Of a DNA stretch of 64,000 nt, positions 18,195 to 28,288 are shown in pieces. The translations under genes were made by a program, and so were the position numbers. Numbering within the stretch: position 1 is the first letter of the stretch; the number at the start of each line of letters is the position of its first letter. The notes below the pieces were generated by a model that worked only from the letters and a program-made list of their open reading frames with translations, ran no database searches and had not been told where the DNA came from. This DNA comes from Acidimicrobiia bacterium (lineage in GTDB: Bacteria > Actinomycetota > Acidimicrobiia > Spongiisociales > Spongiisociaceae): the NCBI GenBank assembly GCA_022827785.1, contig JAJEIM010000031.1, positions 32,549-96,548 of the forward strand, written 5' to 3'.

Positions 18195-18931
18195 CAGAAG
18201 ATGCGCATCTCCTGGAAGGCTATCTCGGCGGCGTCGCCCTTCAGGATCACGTTCTCGGCGTCATCCGGGTGGAGTCGTCCGACTGCTACCCGGCAGATCT
18301 CACCGGCAGGTCCGCGGATGAGTTGTTCAGCGTCGTCGGGGCCGGCCACGTACTTGGCATACATGGGCCCGATCCCCTCGATCCGGACCGGCTCCGTGTA
18401 GTCGTACCCGGCCAGGTCGAAAGCCCACGGGAGGGTCATGTGGGCGAACCAGATGACGTGGCGCAGGCGATCCGTGTCCTCCAGATCTTCTTCCATCGCC
18501 TCGTAGATGTCGAGGCCGTGGGCCCACACCTCCGCCAGCTGGAGGGTGGCAAAGGTCTTGGCGGACATGTCCGAATAGACCCATGGGACGCGGTCGGCGG
18601 CCGAGGTCCGGCTCAAGGCGTCCACCACCTGTGCGCGGCCGAGCCGCCACCACTCGATCACGTCCTGGGGGCGCATCTGCCGGCCTCGCTCGACGCCGAT
18701 CTCGGCGAGGTCGTCGACGCTCTCGTACTCGTCGAGATCGTCGAGCATGGTGCCGTCCTCTGCGATGGCGTTGTAGGCGTACTCCTGAAAGTGGGCCAGG
18801 TGGGAGATCGTGTCGCGGATGGTCCACTCGTCGTGGGGGAGGCGGATGCCCCACTTGCTGACGGTGATCCTCTGGAGAAACTGGTCGAGCTGCTGCTGTT
18901 CGGCAACGAGGTCAGACAATACTTCCCGCAT
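18194..18931 (-). CDS. Maleylpyruvate isomerase N-terminal domain / DinB-like (mycothiol-dependent enzyme family, TIGR03083-like) protein
   Basis: TISHLAHFQEYAY...WAHGLDIYEA resembles the His-rich DinB_2/MDMPI_N fold. It overlaps the upstream stop by 1 nt. Confidence 0.55.
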   Translation of the reverse strand: MREVLSDLVAEQQQLDQFLQRITVSKWGIRLPHDEWTIRDTISHLAHFQEYAYNAIAEDGTMLDDLDEYESVDDLAEIGVERGRQMRPQDVIEWWRLGRAQVVDALSRTSAADRVPWVYSDMSAKTFATLQLAEVWAHGLDIYEAMEEDLEDTDRLRHVIWFAHMTLPWAFDLAGYDYTEPVRIEGIGPMYAKYVAGPDDAEQLIRGPAGEICRVAVGRLHPDDAENVILKGDAAEIAFQEMRIF

Positions 18932-19039
18932 GGTGGCAAGTTTACCACCGCCGCACCCCCTAATCGCCGTGGATCACCCCGCCCGATCAGGCCGGAGCGG
19001 ACCCCGGTGCAGGTCGCCCGAGGCGGATTCCGGGAGGGC

Positions 19040-20137
19040 TCAGGCTGTGTGCGGTCTGGGTAACGGACCCTCGAAACCGGGAGTCTCGTACACGTAGCTG
19101 TTGAGCCGGTCGACCAGCAGGCGCAGGCGTCCCAGGCTCCGCCGGTCGAACCACATCGCCAGCCGGGCACAGTCGAGAGCGTCTCCGTCGCTGATCTCGG
19201 CCTGGAGGGGGCCGACTGCCTCGATCCGGCCTCCGGCGAGGATGTCTGCGAACTCGTCGTTGAGCTGCTCTACCTGCCGCTCGGTGGGGGCGTGTCGCAG
19301 CCGGAGCACCAGCCGCCCGTCCACGTAGCGCTGGGAGTGGTAGTTGGCGTAGAACCGGCAGATCTCGTCAGCGGCGGTCACCGCGTCGCCGGCTCGCACG
19401 AACAGGTTGGTGTCCGCCGGGCTGATCATCCCGCCCCGTTCGAGGCGGTCGTCGACGAAGGCCTGCCATGAGGACCAGTAGGACGTGCCTGCCTCCATCA
19501 GGACGACGGGCTGGATGGGCGCCTTCCCGGTCTGGATCAGCGTGAGAAGCTCGAATGCCTCATCCATGGTGCCGAAGCCGCCCGGGAAGATGGCGAAGGC
19601 GTGGGACTCCTTGACGAAGCCGAGCTTGCGGGTGAAGAAGTACTTGAAGTTGATCAGCCGGGATTCGGCGACATAGGGGTTGGGCGCGGCCTCGAACGGC
19701 AGCCGGATGTTGACGCCGAAGGAACCCTCCCGGCCGGCGCCCCGGTTCCCGGCCTCCATGATCCCCGGTCCGGCGCCCGTCACCACCATCCATCCCCGCT
19801 CCTGCCACATCAGGCGGGCGAAGTCGCTGGCCAACCGGTAGTCGGGATGGTCCGGCGGCGTGCGCGCCGACCCGAAGATGGTCACCTTCGGCGTGCAGTC
19901 ATGCGCCCTGAATACCTTGGAGGAATACCTCATCTCCTTGAGGGCACTATTGAAGAGCTTGATCTCCCAGCGGTCCGCCCGGTCCCGGTGGAGCTTGAGT
20001 GCGGTGGTCATGAGCTCGGCGATAAGGTCCTGGTTCTCACCGTTCCCGGCCCGAGCGACAAGATCGCGGATCATCCTGTCGAGTTGCGGGTTTCCCATGC
20101 TGTATCGAGCCATCGCCCCTCCCGTGTCCGCTCCCAA
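19040..20137 (-). CDS. LOG family protein (TIGR00730 Rossmann-fold nucleotide-binding, long form)
   Basis: IFGSARTPPDHPDY...VVTGAGPGIMEAGNRGA...FAIFPGGFGTMDEAFELLTLIQTGK carries the PGGxGTxxE LOG motif. An extra C-terminal domain of about 130 aa follows. Confidence 0.8.
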   Translation of the reverse strand: MGADTGGAMARYSMGNPQLDRMIRDLVARAGNGENQDLIAELMTTALKLHRDRADRWEIKLFNSALKEMRYSSKVFRAHDCTPKVTIFGSARTPPDHPDYRLASDFARLMWQERGWMVVTGAGPGIMEAGNRGAGREGSFGVNIRLPFEAAPNPYVAESRLINFKYFFTRKLGFVKESHAFAIFPGGFGTMDEAFELLTLIQTGKAPIQPVVLMEAGTSYWSSWQAFVDDRLERGGMISPADTNLFVRAGDAVTAADEICRFYANYHSQRYVDGRLVLRLRHAPTERQVEQLNDEFADILAGGRIEAVGPLQAEISDGDALDCARLAMWFDRRSLGRLRLLVDRLNSYVYETPGFEGPLPRPHTA

Positions 20138-20231
20138 GCTAGTTAATCGTGGTCATTCTGAGTGACCGACCACGGGGACCCGCGATAATGAGCAAGCGCG
20201 CATAGCGTGAACACGTCCTAGTTGTCGAGGC

Positions 20232-21128
20232 TCAGTTGGCGCTGTCCGCCAATGCCAGGCATACCCCGTCGAGGATGTCGTAGCCGGTGACCGTGATCGT
20301 TTCCAGGCCGAGAACGCGTAGGGCGGTCTCGGCTACGACCGCGCCGCCGAGGATGATCGGAGCCCTCCTCGGATCGAGGGAGGGAATGGCCTCCTTCTCC
20401 TCCAGGCTGAGCGAACCCAGCCATGCGACCATCCGCTCCAGGTCCGCCAGGCCGAGGGTGGCCCCCTCCACCTCTCGGGAGTCGTGGGTGTCCAGGCGCA
20501 GATGCATGGCCGCCAGGCTGGTCCAGGTGCCTGCTGTTGCCATCGCTCGGGATCGCCGCGGCGGATCGGCGGTGCCCATGGCGTGAGCAGCCTCACGGCG
20601 GGCCGAAGCGAGGTGTCCGGGAGCGGCTGGGTGGGTGGGCAGGCACCGTTCGGTCAGCCGGATCGACCCGATGTTCACCGAGACGCCGCCCTGATCGGTG
20701 ACGATCTCGGTGCTCCCTCCCCCGATGTCCAGCACCAGTATCCGGCCGGGGTCGCCATCGCGGGCGGTGGCGCCCCGGAAGCAGAGCTCGGCCTCCTCCT
20801 CGCCGCTGATGACATCGGGCCGGAAACCCAGCGCCTGCCGGGCCGCCTCCAGGAACTCCTCGCGGTTGACCGCGTCACGGGTGGCGGCCGTGGCGACCGC
20901 CCTCGCCCGGGTGACGTCCGCCGACCCGATTCGCCGCCCGTACCCGGCCAGCACCCGGGCGGTCCGCTCGATGGACTCCGGCGCCAACCGTCCCGATCGG
21001 GTCGAGCCGCGCCCCAACCCGGTCACCTGCTCGATCCGCTCCACATCGGCCATCCCGTGGCGCGCGATATCGGCGATCAGCAACCGGGTGGAGTTGGTGC
21101 CGATATCGACCGCCGCGAACCGTGGCAC
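20232..21128 (-). CDS. Ppx/GppA family exopolyphosphatase / guanosine pentaphosphate phosphohydrolase
   Basis: AAVDIGTNSTRLLIAD...LVLDIGGGSTEI is the ASKHA fold of Ppx/GppA. Confidence 0.8.
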   Translation of the reverse strand: MPRFAAVDIGTNSTRLLIADIARHGMADVERIEQVTGLGRGSTRSGRLAPESIERTARVLAGYGRRIGSADVTRARAVATAATRDAVNREEFLEAARQALGFRPDVISGEEEAELCFRGATARDGDPGRILVLDIGGGSTEIVTDQGGVSVNIGSIRLTERCLPTHPAAPGHLASARREAAHAMGTADPPRRSRAMATAGTWTSLAAMHLRLDTHDSREVEGATLGLADLERMVAWLGSLSLEEKEAIPSLDPRRAPIILGGAVVAETALRVLGLETITVTGYDILDGVCLALADSAN

Positions 21129-21137
21129 CGCCGCCGG

Positions 21138-22145
21138 CTACGACCCGAACGGAGGCTCGGCCGGTCCCTTGCGCACGCAGGCCGCCCACACCGTCTCGTA
21201 GTGGTCGATGTCGTAGGGATCGATGTGGTGGAGCACCATGGCCTCCCACGCCGTGCGGAGCGGGTCCTCCCACTCCCTGTACACCATCAGGCCCACCGGG
21301 AGGCGGTCGAGAACCGTCCGCAGGCTGATCGGGGTCTCCACCCTGGTGCCGGGGTCGGTCGAGAGGAACGACCGGTTGATCTCGGTGGCCAGCCTGCTGA
21401 TGTGGCGCACGTACACGTCGCGCATCGACGGGTAGCGGCGGTCCAGCATGGCCTCGATCTCGGTGATGTCGGGAAAGTCCTTCTCCCAGATCACCCACCG
21501 GTCGGCGAAGGCCTTGTTGAGGGTCTGGGTGCCGGCGTAGTCGCGCAGGTCGGTCGGGTTCATCGTCCCGAACAGGCGGACATCCTCCCGGAGGGGCACC
21601 GTCTCGCCGGTCGGCAGGTCCAGCGCCGCGTAACGGTCGAGCAGGCCGTGCAGGGCGAAGAGGGTCTCGGCGCCGGCGGCGTTCAGCTCGGACAGGTTCA
21701 CGAGGGCGGTTCCTCGCAGCGCCCTCGTGATATCACCGTCCTCCCAGCGGCTCTCCGTGCCGCCGAGGCCGTCTCCGTAGAGTTTCACCGAACCGATGAG
21801 GGTGATGTCGCGCACCTCGCCGGTCAGCGGTATCCGGTAGTAGGGCAGGCGCAGCAGGGCGGCGAACTGCTCGATGTCGTGGTCCTTGCCGGTCCCCATG
21901 TGGCCCCGCACCGCCAGGTGGAGCGGCACCGTCCCCTCGGGCTGCTCCCGCCGGATCTTCTCCACCTGCGCGAAGCGGTAGAGCATGCCTACGTCGACGT
22001 AGTGGGGGTCCGGTTCGGGAATCTTGTTGATGCGCTGCTCGTAGTCCCGCACGCCGCTCGTGGGAACCGCGACCGTGTCCAAGGTGATGGGCCGGCCCGT
22101 TCCGGTCGGGTCGGTGAACGTGACCTTGGTGGGTTGTTCAGGCAC
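21138..22145 (-). CDS. CobS-like AAA+ ATPase
   Basis: LHLAVRGHMGTGKDHDIEQFAALLRLPYYRIPLTGEVRDITLIGS...DRWVIW aligns closely with aerobic cobaltochelatase CobS (YHGTGKSTHIEQVAARLNWPCVRVNL...DRWSIV). It overlaps the upstream VWA gene by 8 nt. Confidence 0.65.
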   Translation of the reverse strand: MPEQPTKVTFTDPTGTGRPITLDTVAVPTSGVRDYEQRINKIPEPDPHYVDVGMLYRFAQVEKIRREQPEGTVPLHLAVRGHMGTGKDHDIEQFAALLRLPYYRIPLTGEVRDITLIGSVKLYGDGLGGTESRWEDGDITRALRGTALVNLSELNAAGAETLFALHGLLDRYAALDLPTGETVPLREDVRLFGTMNPTDLRDYAGTQTLNKAFADRWVIWEKDFPDITEIEAMLDRRYPSMRDVYVRHISRLATEINRSFLSTDPGTRVETPISLRTVLDRLPVGLMVYREWEDPLRTAWEAMVLHHIDPYDIDHYETVWAACVRKGPAEPPFGS

Positions 22146-24282
22146 TGCGTAGCTCCGGCATGAGAGGGCTGTTCCCGGTCTGCTGGCGGCCGGCCCGGAT
22201 CCACCAGGTGTCCTCCCCGTCCAGGGCCAGGCCTCGGCGGAGCGCCATCCTCACCCCGGCCACCATTGAGTTGGCCAGCTCGTCCGGACGCGAGATCACC
22301 TGGTGGTGACGGTAGGCGGAGACCACTGTATCGTCCCCCACGCCGATACCCAGAACCGTGGTGCCCCGGCCGTCCACCTCCTCGACCGACCGGGCCAGAG
22401 CCTCCACCGACCCCCTGGTCATCCCGTCGGCCAGCACCACCATCACCCGAACCCGGGCGCCGTGGTTGGCCAGGCGCTCGGCAGCGTAGGTGACGTTCAA
22501 CTCGTCCACGTTGGCCCCCTTCTCGAACAGCGACACGGGCGGGGTCGAGCGCGGGTTGCGCCGCGCCTCGATTCCCGCCTCACCCGTGCGGGCTGCCGTC
22601 CAGAACAAGCCGGCGAGGAGGTCGTCGGACCGCCGCCAGGGTTCGTGGAAGGCCGACAGGACGTAGTGATTGACGGTGGAGGTGAGCCGGTCGGCCGCCG
22701 CTCCGTGGCTCTGGCGCAACTCGCTGATCGCGGCGGACCGCCGGCGGGAGTACGTCCATTCGGTGTCGTCCACCTGGGCGGCGAAGGCCCGGTTGAAGAG
22801 GGCCACCTCGAAGTCCACCCGGAGTTCGTTGCACATGGCCGCCAGGGTCCAGGCGCCGAGCATGGCGGCCGCCAGACCCCAGGGGCGGCGGTCGCGGGGC
22901 GCCGACAGGCGCCTCGGCTGGAGCATGGAGGCCGATCCGTCGACCAGGACGCTGACCGCGTAGGACCGCCGGGTCGAGACGGACCGGCGCTCGAACATCC
23001 GCTGGTACAGGCCGCCTCCCAAAAACAGCGCGGCGTGGGGTGACAGGTCGCCGGCATCGAAGCCCGATCTCAACCCGCGGCGCTGGTTGGCGATGAACAG
23101 GGGATGCAGCTCGCCCCCCACCCGCCGCTGATCGACGTTCCACTCCCGGGCTGCATCCACGAGGGCGGTCCTCCCGCGGTGGGAGAAGCTGCGGAAGGAG
23201 TCGGGGACGCCCGCCACGGCCAGCTTGCCGCTCTGGCCGTTGGGGAGGTAGATGACCGGGGCCTGGCTGACCATCAGCAACTGGTCGGTTCCCTCGCCGG
23301 AGGTCCGGTCCATCCGGGCGGCTCTCAGTTCGAGGCCGGTGGGATCCTCGGCACCCCGCCGGATCTCGTTGTAATGATCGGCGTCCTGGACGGCGGGGGA
23401 GAAAAGCCTGACCCGGTCGAGACCGTCGGTCATGGCGTCCTTCTCGGCCTGCTCCCGTTCCCGGCGAGCCTGGGGCTGGTCGTCCGGCCGGGCCTCCTGT
23501 ACCAGGCTGTGCGCCCTCGCGATGGCGAGGAGTTGCATCGCGAGGTCGCCGGTGTCCCACGGTCGGGCGGCGACCGCTGCCTCGTCGAGAACGGCGCGGG
23601 AGTCCGCCCACGCGGCCCCGGACCGGGAGTCGAGGAGCCGTTCCAGACTGTGGGCGGGCACGTAGCCGCCCACGGACATGAAGCAGGCGATGGTGAACCG
23701 GATGAGCGGGCCGCGGCCCGCCAGCGCTCCCCGGAGGGAGGACCGGTACAGGTCTTCGAGAACGGAGCGGGCGCCCGGGTAGTCGGCCAGGCCCTGGCGT
23801 TCCTGGCGGGCGTCCTCGATCGCGAAGAAGAGGGCCTCGGCCGGGGGACCGCCGGTCCGGTCGAGAGCCTCCAGCAGGGTGAAGTCCTCCCCGTCATTCG
23901 GGCCGGGCTGGTCGTCCAGGAGCCAGTGGTCGGGTATGGGACGGCGCTCGTCGAAGTCGGAGGAGACCAGGTGGATCACCTCGTGGAGCGCCGAGGCGAG
24001 TGCGGTCTCCTCGGCGGTCACGGGAGCTCTGCGCCCGTAGGCCGCCTGGAAGAGTCCGGGGTCGATGACCACCTCGTCCCCGGACGCCCGGCTGGAGGCG
24101 CCGAGCATCACCCGCAGTTCCTCCCTACCGGTCAGGGTGCGGGCGACACGGGTGACGGCGCCCGCCACCCGCTGGTACCGGCCGACCACCGACTCGATGG
24201 CGCGTTCTTCCGGGGGAAGGATCTCGGCCAGCAGCGAGCGATCTCGAGGTGTCACAAAGCTCCATTGTCGCAGGTGTCGCAC
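22138..24282 (-). CDS. VWA domain protein, CobT-like, with N-terminal HExxH motif
   Basis: The MIDAS-type VWA motif SVLVDGSASM sits in the C-terminal third. The N-terminal region has ALHEVIHLVSSDFDE, an HExxH...D pattern. At 714 aa it is directly upstream of, and overlapping, the CobS-like ATPase. Confidence 0.6.
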   Translation of the reverse strand: MRHLRQWSFVTPRDRSLLAEILPPEERAIESVVGRYQRVAGAVTRVARTLTGREELRVMLGASSRASGDEVVIDPGLFQAAYGRRAPVTAEETALASALHEVIHLVSSDFDERRPIPDHWLLDDQPGPNDGEDFTLLEALDRTGGPPAEALFFAIEDARQERQGLADYPGARSVLEDLYRSSLRGALAGRGPLIRFTIACFMSVGGYVPAHSLERLLDSRSGAAWADSRAVLDEAAVAARPWDTGDLAMQLLAIARAHSLVQEARPDDQPQARREREQAEKDAMTDGLDRVRLFSPAVQDADHYNEIRRGAEDPTGLELRAARMDRTSGEGTDQLLMVSQAPVIYLPNGQSGKLAVAGVPDSFRSFSHRGRTALVDAAREWNVDQRRVGGELHPLFIANQRRGLRSGFDAGDLSPHAALFLGGGLYQRMFERRSVSTRRSYAVSVLVDGSASMLQPRRLSAPRDRRPWGLAAAMLGAWTLAAMCNELRVDFEVALFNRAFAAQVDDTEWTYSRRRSAAISELRQSHGAAADRLTSTVNHYVLSAFHEPWRRSDDLLAGLFWTAARTGEAGIEARRNPRSTPPVSLFEKGANVDELNVTYAAERLANHGARVRVMVVLADGMTRGSVEALARSVEEVDGRGTTVLGIGVGDDTVVSAYRHHQVISRPDELANSMVAGVRMALRRGLALDGEDTWWIRAGRQQTGNSPLMPELRSA

Positions 24283-24313
24283 CCGTGCGGACCGGAAAAA
24301 CGCCGGTCGTGTC

Positions 24314-25132
24314 TCACGCCACGAATACGGCCAGCAATCCCGCCAGGAGGACTATGGAGGGCACGAGGGTCCGCGCCAGATCGGCGCCGGGGCCCGGCGG
24401 GATCCTCTGCCAGGCCCCCACGATGAGCATCCCGGCCAGGAGACCGCCCACGTGGGCTTCCCATGCGATCCCCGGAACCAGGAGGGGCATCGCGAGGTTG
24501 ATCGCCAGTAGGAGGAGGAGCTGGCGGAACCGGGCGGCGCCGGCCGCGGTGTGGCGGAGGGGGTAGGTCCCCACCAGAACGGCGCCGAAGAGCCCGAAGA
24601 TGGCGCCCGAGGCCCCCACGGCGCCGCCGTCCGACAGGTACTGGAAGAGCACCCCTCCCGCCACCGCGCACGCGAGGTAGAGCGCCACGAAGCGGACAGT
24701 CCCGGCCTGCCGCTCGATGTACGGCCCGAACAGGTAGAGGGCGTACATGTTGAAGAGGATGTGGACGATGCTGCCGGTGGAGTGCAGGAAGGTGGCGGTG
24801 ACGACCCGCCACCACTCGCCGGCGCTGACCGCCACGGTTATGTGGGCGTAGTCGATGGTGAACCGGGCGTTCACGCGCTGGGCGAGGTAAGCAGCCACGG
24901 ACACCAGGATGATGGTGAGGACCGCCGGGGTGATGCCGGAGCGGATGCTGCGGGCGGGCACCACCCGCGTCGTGGCGCCGGCGCACTCCGGGCATCGCTG
25001 GCCCACGGGTGAGTCCCGGGAACATTCCCCACAGATGTGACGGTCGCACCGCGAGCACCGCAGGTAGGTGGTCCGCTCCGGGTGCCGGTGGCAGGTGGCC
25101 GGGCCGCCGGCGCCGGAAGTTCCGTTGTCCAT
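24314..25132 (-). CDS. Rhomboid family intramembrane serine protease with N-terminal zinc-ribbon
   Basis: The Cys-rich N-terminus is CHRHPERTTYLRCSRCDRHICGECS...CPEC. Rhomboid motifs GASGAIFG (GxSG) and AHVGG are present. The start is the Met at 25132; the ORF track extends to 25213. Confidence 0.8.
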   Translation of the reverse strand: MDNGTSGAGGPATCHRHPERTTYLRCSRCDRHICGECSRDSPVGQRCPECAGATTRVVPARSIRSGITPAVLTIILVSVAAYLAQRVNARFTIDYAHITVAVSAGEWWRVVTATFLHSTGSIVHILFNMYALYLFGPYIERQAGTVRFVALYLACAVAGGVLFQYLSDGGAVGASGAIFGLFGAVLVGTYPLRHTAAGAARFRQLLLLLAINLAMPLLVPGIAWEAHVGGLLAGMLIVGAWQRIPPGPGADLARTLVPSIVLLAGLLAVFVA

Positions 25133-25268
25133 GCGGCCATTGTACGGGCGGAACGGCGAGCACCCGGCGGGGTTGCGCCGGGGTGAGGGAAGGCGAACCT
25201 CCTCGGGAGGCATGCCATTCCCGGCGGCCGGTCAACCTGCAACCGCCGAGCCTGTACCATGCCCGCCC

Positions 25269-26519
25269 ATGCAGGTTGAGATCTCCCGGACGTCCACGGG
25301 GCTGACGGTCGTGACCGAACCGGTGCCGGGGGTCCGGTCGGTGGCGGTCGGGTGCTGGATAGACACCGGTAGCAGGGATGAGCGGCCCGGCGAGGCGGGC
25401 GCCGCCCACTTCCTCGAGCACCTCCTCTTCAAGGGGACCGAGGAGTTGTCGGCCCGCTACATCTCCGAGACGTTCGACGCCATCGGCGCCCAGAGCAATG
25501 CCTTCACCTCCAAGGAGTACACCTGCTTCTGGGCCCGCATGCTCGACAGCGAGCTGGATACCGGCATGGATCTGCTGGCGGAGATGCTCCAGCGTCCCGC
25601 GTTCCGGCCGGATGAGATCGACTCCGAACGCAACGTGGTGATCGAAGAGATAAACATGAACGAGGATGACCCTTCGGATGTCGCGGGGGAGACCTTCATG
25701 CGGACTCTCTTCGAGGGACATCCGCTGGGCCTGCCGGTGCTGGGGACCCGGGAGTCGATCGGTGGCATGACCCCGGAGGATCTGAGAGGCTACTGGCGGA
25801 GGCGCTACGGCGCGGGAACAGCGCTGGTGGCCGTGGCAGGCAATGTGGAACACGAGAAGGTGGTGGAGATGGTGGAGTGCCGGTTCGACGCCTGGGAGGC
25901 GGAGGACGGCGCCCATGACCTGGCCGCACCCCGGGTCGGCCCCGCCGCGAGCGTGGTGGAGCGGGACACGGAGCAGGTCCACCTGGTCTACGGGGGCGAG
26001 TCGATCCACCGCACCGACGGGGGCAGGATCGCCGACGGCGTGATGCATCACATCCTGGGCGGCGGGATGTCATCCCGCCTGTTCCAGAAGATCCGCGAGG
26101 AACGCGGCCTGGCCTACGCGGTCCACAGCTTCACGATGCGCTTCGCCGAGACGGGCGGGTGGGGCGTGTACGTGGGCACCACGCCGGCCAATTCCCACAC
26201 GGTCATGGAGATCCTCGCCGAGGAGATCGGGCGGATGGTCTCGGAGGGAGTGACGGAAGCCGAACTGGACAGGGCCAAGGGACACATGCGGGGCGCCGTG
26301 GCCCTCTCGATGGAGGACACCAACGCCCGGATGATCCGCCTGGGGCGCAACCAGATGTTCGGACTGCCCCATCTCTCCCTCGACGAGCGCCTGGCCCGGG
26401 TCGAGGCCGTCACCAGGGCGGACATCGCGGGCATGGCCGCCCGCAATCTGACCGGTCCCCGGGTGGTCGGCGCCGTGGGTCCGCTGCCCGCCGGCGAGTT
26501 CGAGCGATACCTGTCGTGA
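25269..26519 (+). CDS. pepR: M16 family zinc peptidase (PepR-like, insulinase family)
   Basis: The inverted zinc motif HFLEHLLFKGT (HxxEH), starting from MQVEISRTSTGLTVVTE. The Met at 25269 comes from codon arithmetic. Confidence 0.8.
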   Translation: MQVEISRTSTGLTVVTEPVPGVRSVAVGCWIDTGSRDERPGEAGAAHFLEHLLFKGTEELSARYISETFDAIGAQSNAFTSKEYTCFWARMLDSELDTGMDLLAEMLQRPAFRPDEIDSERNVVIEEINMNEDDPSDVAGETFMRTLFEGHPLGLPVLGTRESIGGMTPEDLRGYWRRRYGAGTALVAVAGNVEHEKVVEMVECRFDAWEAEDGAHDLAAPRVGPAASVVERDTEQVHLVYGGESIHRTDGGRIADGVMHHILGGGMSSRLFQKIREERGLAYAVHSFTMRFAETGGWGVYVGTTPANSHTVMEILAEEIGRMVSEGVTEAELDRAKGHMRGAVALSMEDTNARMIRLGRNQMFGLPHLSLDERLARVEAVTRADIAGMAARNLTGPRVVGAVGPLPAGEFERYLS

Positions 26520-27286
26520 TCTCGGTAGGGATCTCGGGCGCCCCCGGACGGATGGGGCTCCTCTCGCAGGCGGCGATCGAGCCGCTCGACGATCTGGTCA
26601 TAGGCGGCCTGTACGCACCCGGCCATGACGGAGAGCCGCTCGCCGGGGGTACCTGCTCGGGCGATCCCGAGGCCTTGCGCCGGTGCGATGTGATCCTGGA
26701 GCTCACCCACCCGGAGGCGGCGCCGTCCAACGTGAGCCGCTGGAAGTCCTTCGGCGCCCATGTGGTGATCGGAACTTCGGGGTACGACTCCTCCCGCATC
26801 GCCAGGCTCCGGGACGAGTGGGCGGGGAGCGGCCGGCGGTGCCTGGTGGTCCCCAACTTCTCCCTGGGCGCGGTGCTGATGATGCGGTTCTCGGAGATGG
26901 CGGCGCCGTTCTTCGCGGCGGCGGAGATCATCGAGATGCATCACGACCGCAAGCGCGACGCACCCTCCGGAACCGCTCTCAACACCGCCGCCCGGATGGG
27001 ACGGATCCGCCGCGAGGCGGGCATTCGCCCGACCGATCGGGGTCGGGAGTTGGAAGCCGGCGCTCTGGGCGCCGAGGTCGAGGGTGTTCCCGTCCATTCG
27101 GTCCGCTCGGCGGGCTTGCTGGCCCACCAGGAGGTGATCCTGGGTGGGGTGGGCGAGTACCTGACCATCCGCCATGACACCACAGACCTCGCTTCCTTCG
27201 CCGCCGGAATCGTCCTGGCACTGCGGTCGGTGGCCTCCCTGGAGGAGCCGGTTACGGTGGGCCTCGACGACTTGCTGGGTCTCTGA
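26516..27286 (+). CDS. dapB: 4-hydroxy-tetrahydrodipicolinate reductase DapB
   Basis: The GTG start overlaps the pepR stop (GTGA). VISVGISGAPGRMG, and EIIEMHHDRKRDAPSGTA is the DapB signature. Confidence 0.85.
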   Translation: MISVGISGAPGRMGLLSQAAIEPLDDLVIGGLYAPGHDGEPLAGGTCSGDPEALRRCDVILELTHPEAAPSNVSRWKSFGAHVVIGTSGYDSSRIARLRDEWAGSGRRCLVVPNFSLGAVLMMRFSEMAAPFFAAAEIIEMHHDRKRDAPSGTALNTAARMGRIRREAGIRPTDRGRELEAGALGAEVEGVPVHSVRSAGLLAHQEVILGGVGEYLTIRHDTTDLASFAAGIVLALRSVASLEEPVTVGLDDLLGL

Positions 27287-27406
27287 TCACGACCCGGACA
27301 CGACCGTTCCGGATGTCCCGGCGGGCGGGGCAATGCTCCTATGATTGAGCCGGAGCGGTAAACGATTGGCCGGCTCCCAGGCAGGCCACCCGCGAGAGGA
27401 ACGAAC

Positions 27407-28288
27407 TTGGCCCTGACTGCCGGCTTGACCACCGCCATGATCACCCCTTTTTCGGGCGACGGTTCGGTCGACTACGGCCGGATGGCCCGTCTGGCTATCC
27501 ACCTGGTCGAGAACGGGCACGACGGTCTGCTGGTCACCGGAACCACCGGTGAGTCGCCCACCCTGACCGATGCGGAAAAGCTGGCCCTCTACTCCACCGT
27601 GGTGGAGGCTGTGGGGGGCAAGGCAGTGGTGATCGCCGGAACCGGTACCTACGACACCCGGCACTCGGTCGAGATGTCCAAGAAGGCGGCCGAGCTCGGA
27701 GTCGACGGCCTGATGGCGGTCACGCCCTACTACTCGAGGCCCAGCCAGGCCGGCCTCCTGGCCCACTTCCTCGCCATCGCCGACGCGACCGACCTTCCCC
27801 TCATGATCTACAACATTCCCAGCCGCACCGCCAGGTTGATCGAGGTGGAGACCCTCGCCGAGATGGCGCAGCATCCCAACATCGCCGCCACCAAGGACGC
27901 GGTGGGCGACCTCGAGTTCACCAAGGCCAGCATGGAGTTGCTGCCGGATGATTTCATGGTGCTCTCGGGGGATGACTCGGCCACCCTGCCGATGATGGAG
28001 TTGGGTGGTCAGGGCGTGGTCTCGGTGGCGGGACATCTGGCCGGCCGCCAGATCAAGCGGATGATCGAGGCCCACCGGGCCGGGGACGCCGCCGAGGCGT
28101 GGCGCCTCCATCACGGGCTGATGCCCCTCTTCGACGCCTGTTTCGTGGAGCCCAACCCGATGCCCACCAAGGCGGGCCTCAACGCCCTCTGGGAGCCGGT
28201 CGGGGACCCGAGGCTTCCGCTGATCCCGGCTTCGCCCGAGACCCGCGACATGGTGGTTGCCGCGGTAGGTCGAGCGCAGAGGTTGTGA
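27407..28288 (+). CDS. dapA: 4-hydroxy-tetrahydrodipicolinate synthase DapA
   Basis: ITPFSGDGSVDYGRMARLAIHLVENGHDGLLVTGTTGESPTLTDAEK with the Schiff-base lysine region. A TTG start is preceded by a gaggaa Shine-Dalgarno-like sequence. Confidence 0.85.
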   Translation: MALTAGLTTAMITPFSGDGSVDYGRMARLAIHLVENGHDGLLVTGTTGESPTLTDAEKLALYSTVVEAVGGKAVVIAGTGTYDTRHSVEMSKKAAELGVDGLMAVTPYYSRPSQAGLLAHFLAIADATDLPLMIYNIPSRTARLIEVETLAEMAQHPNIAATKDAVGDLEFTKASMELLPDDFMVLSGDDSATLPMMELGGQGVVSVAGHLAGRQIKRMIEAHRAGDAAEAWRLHHGLMPLFDACFVEPNPMPTKAGLNALWEPVGDPRLPLIPASPETRDMVVAAVGRAQRL

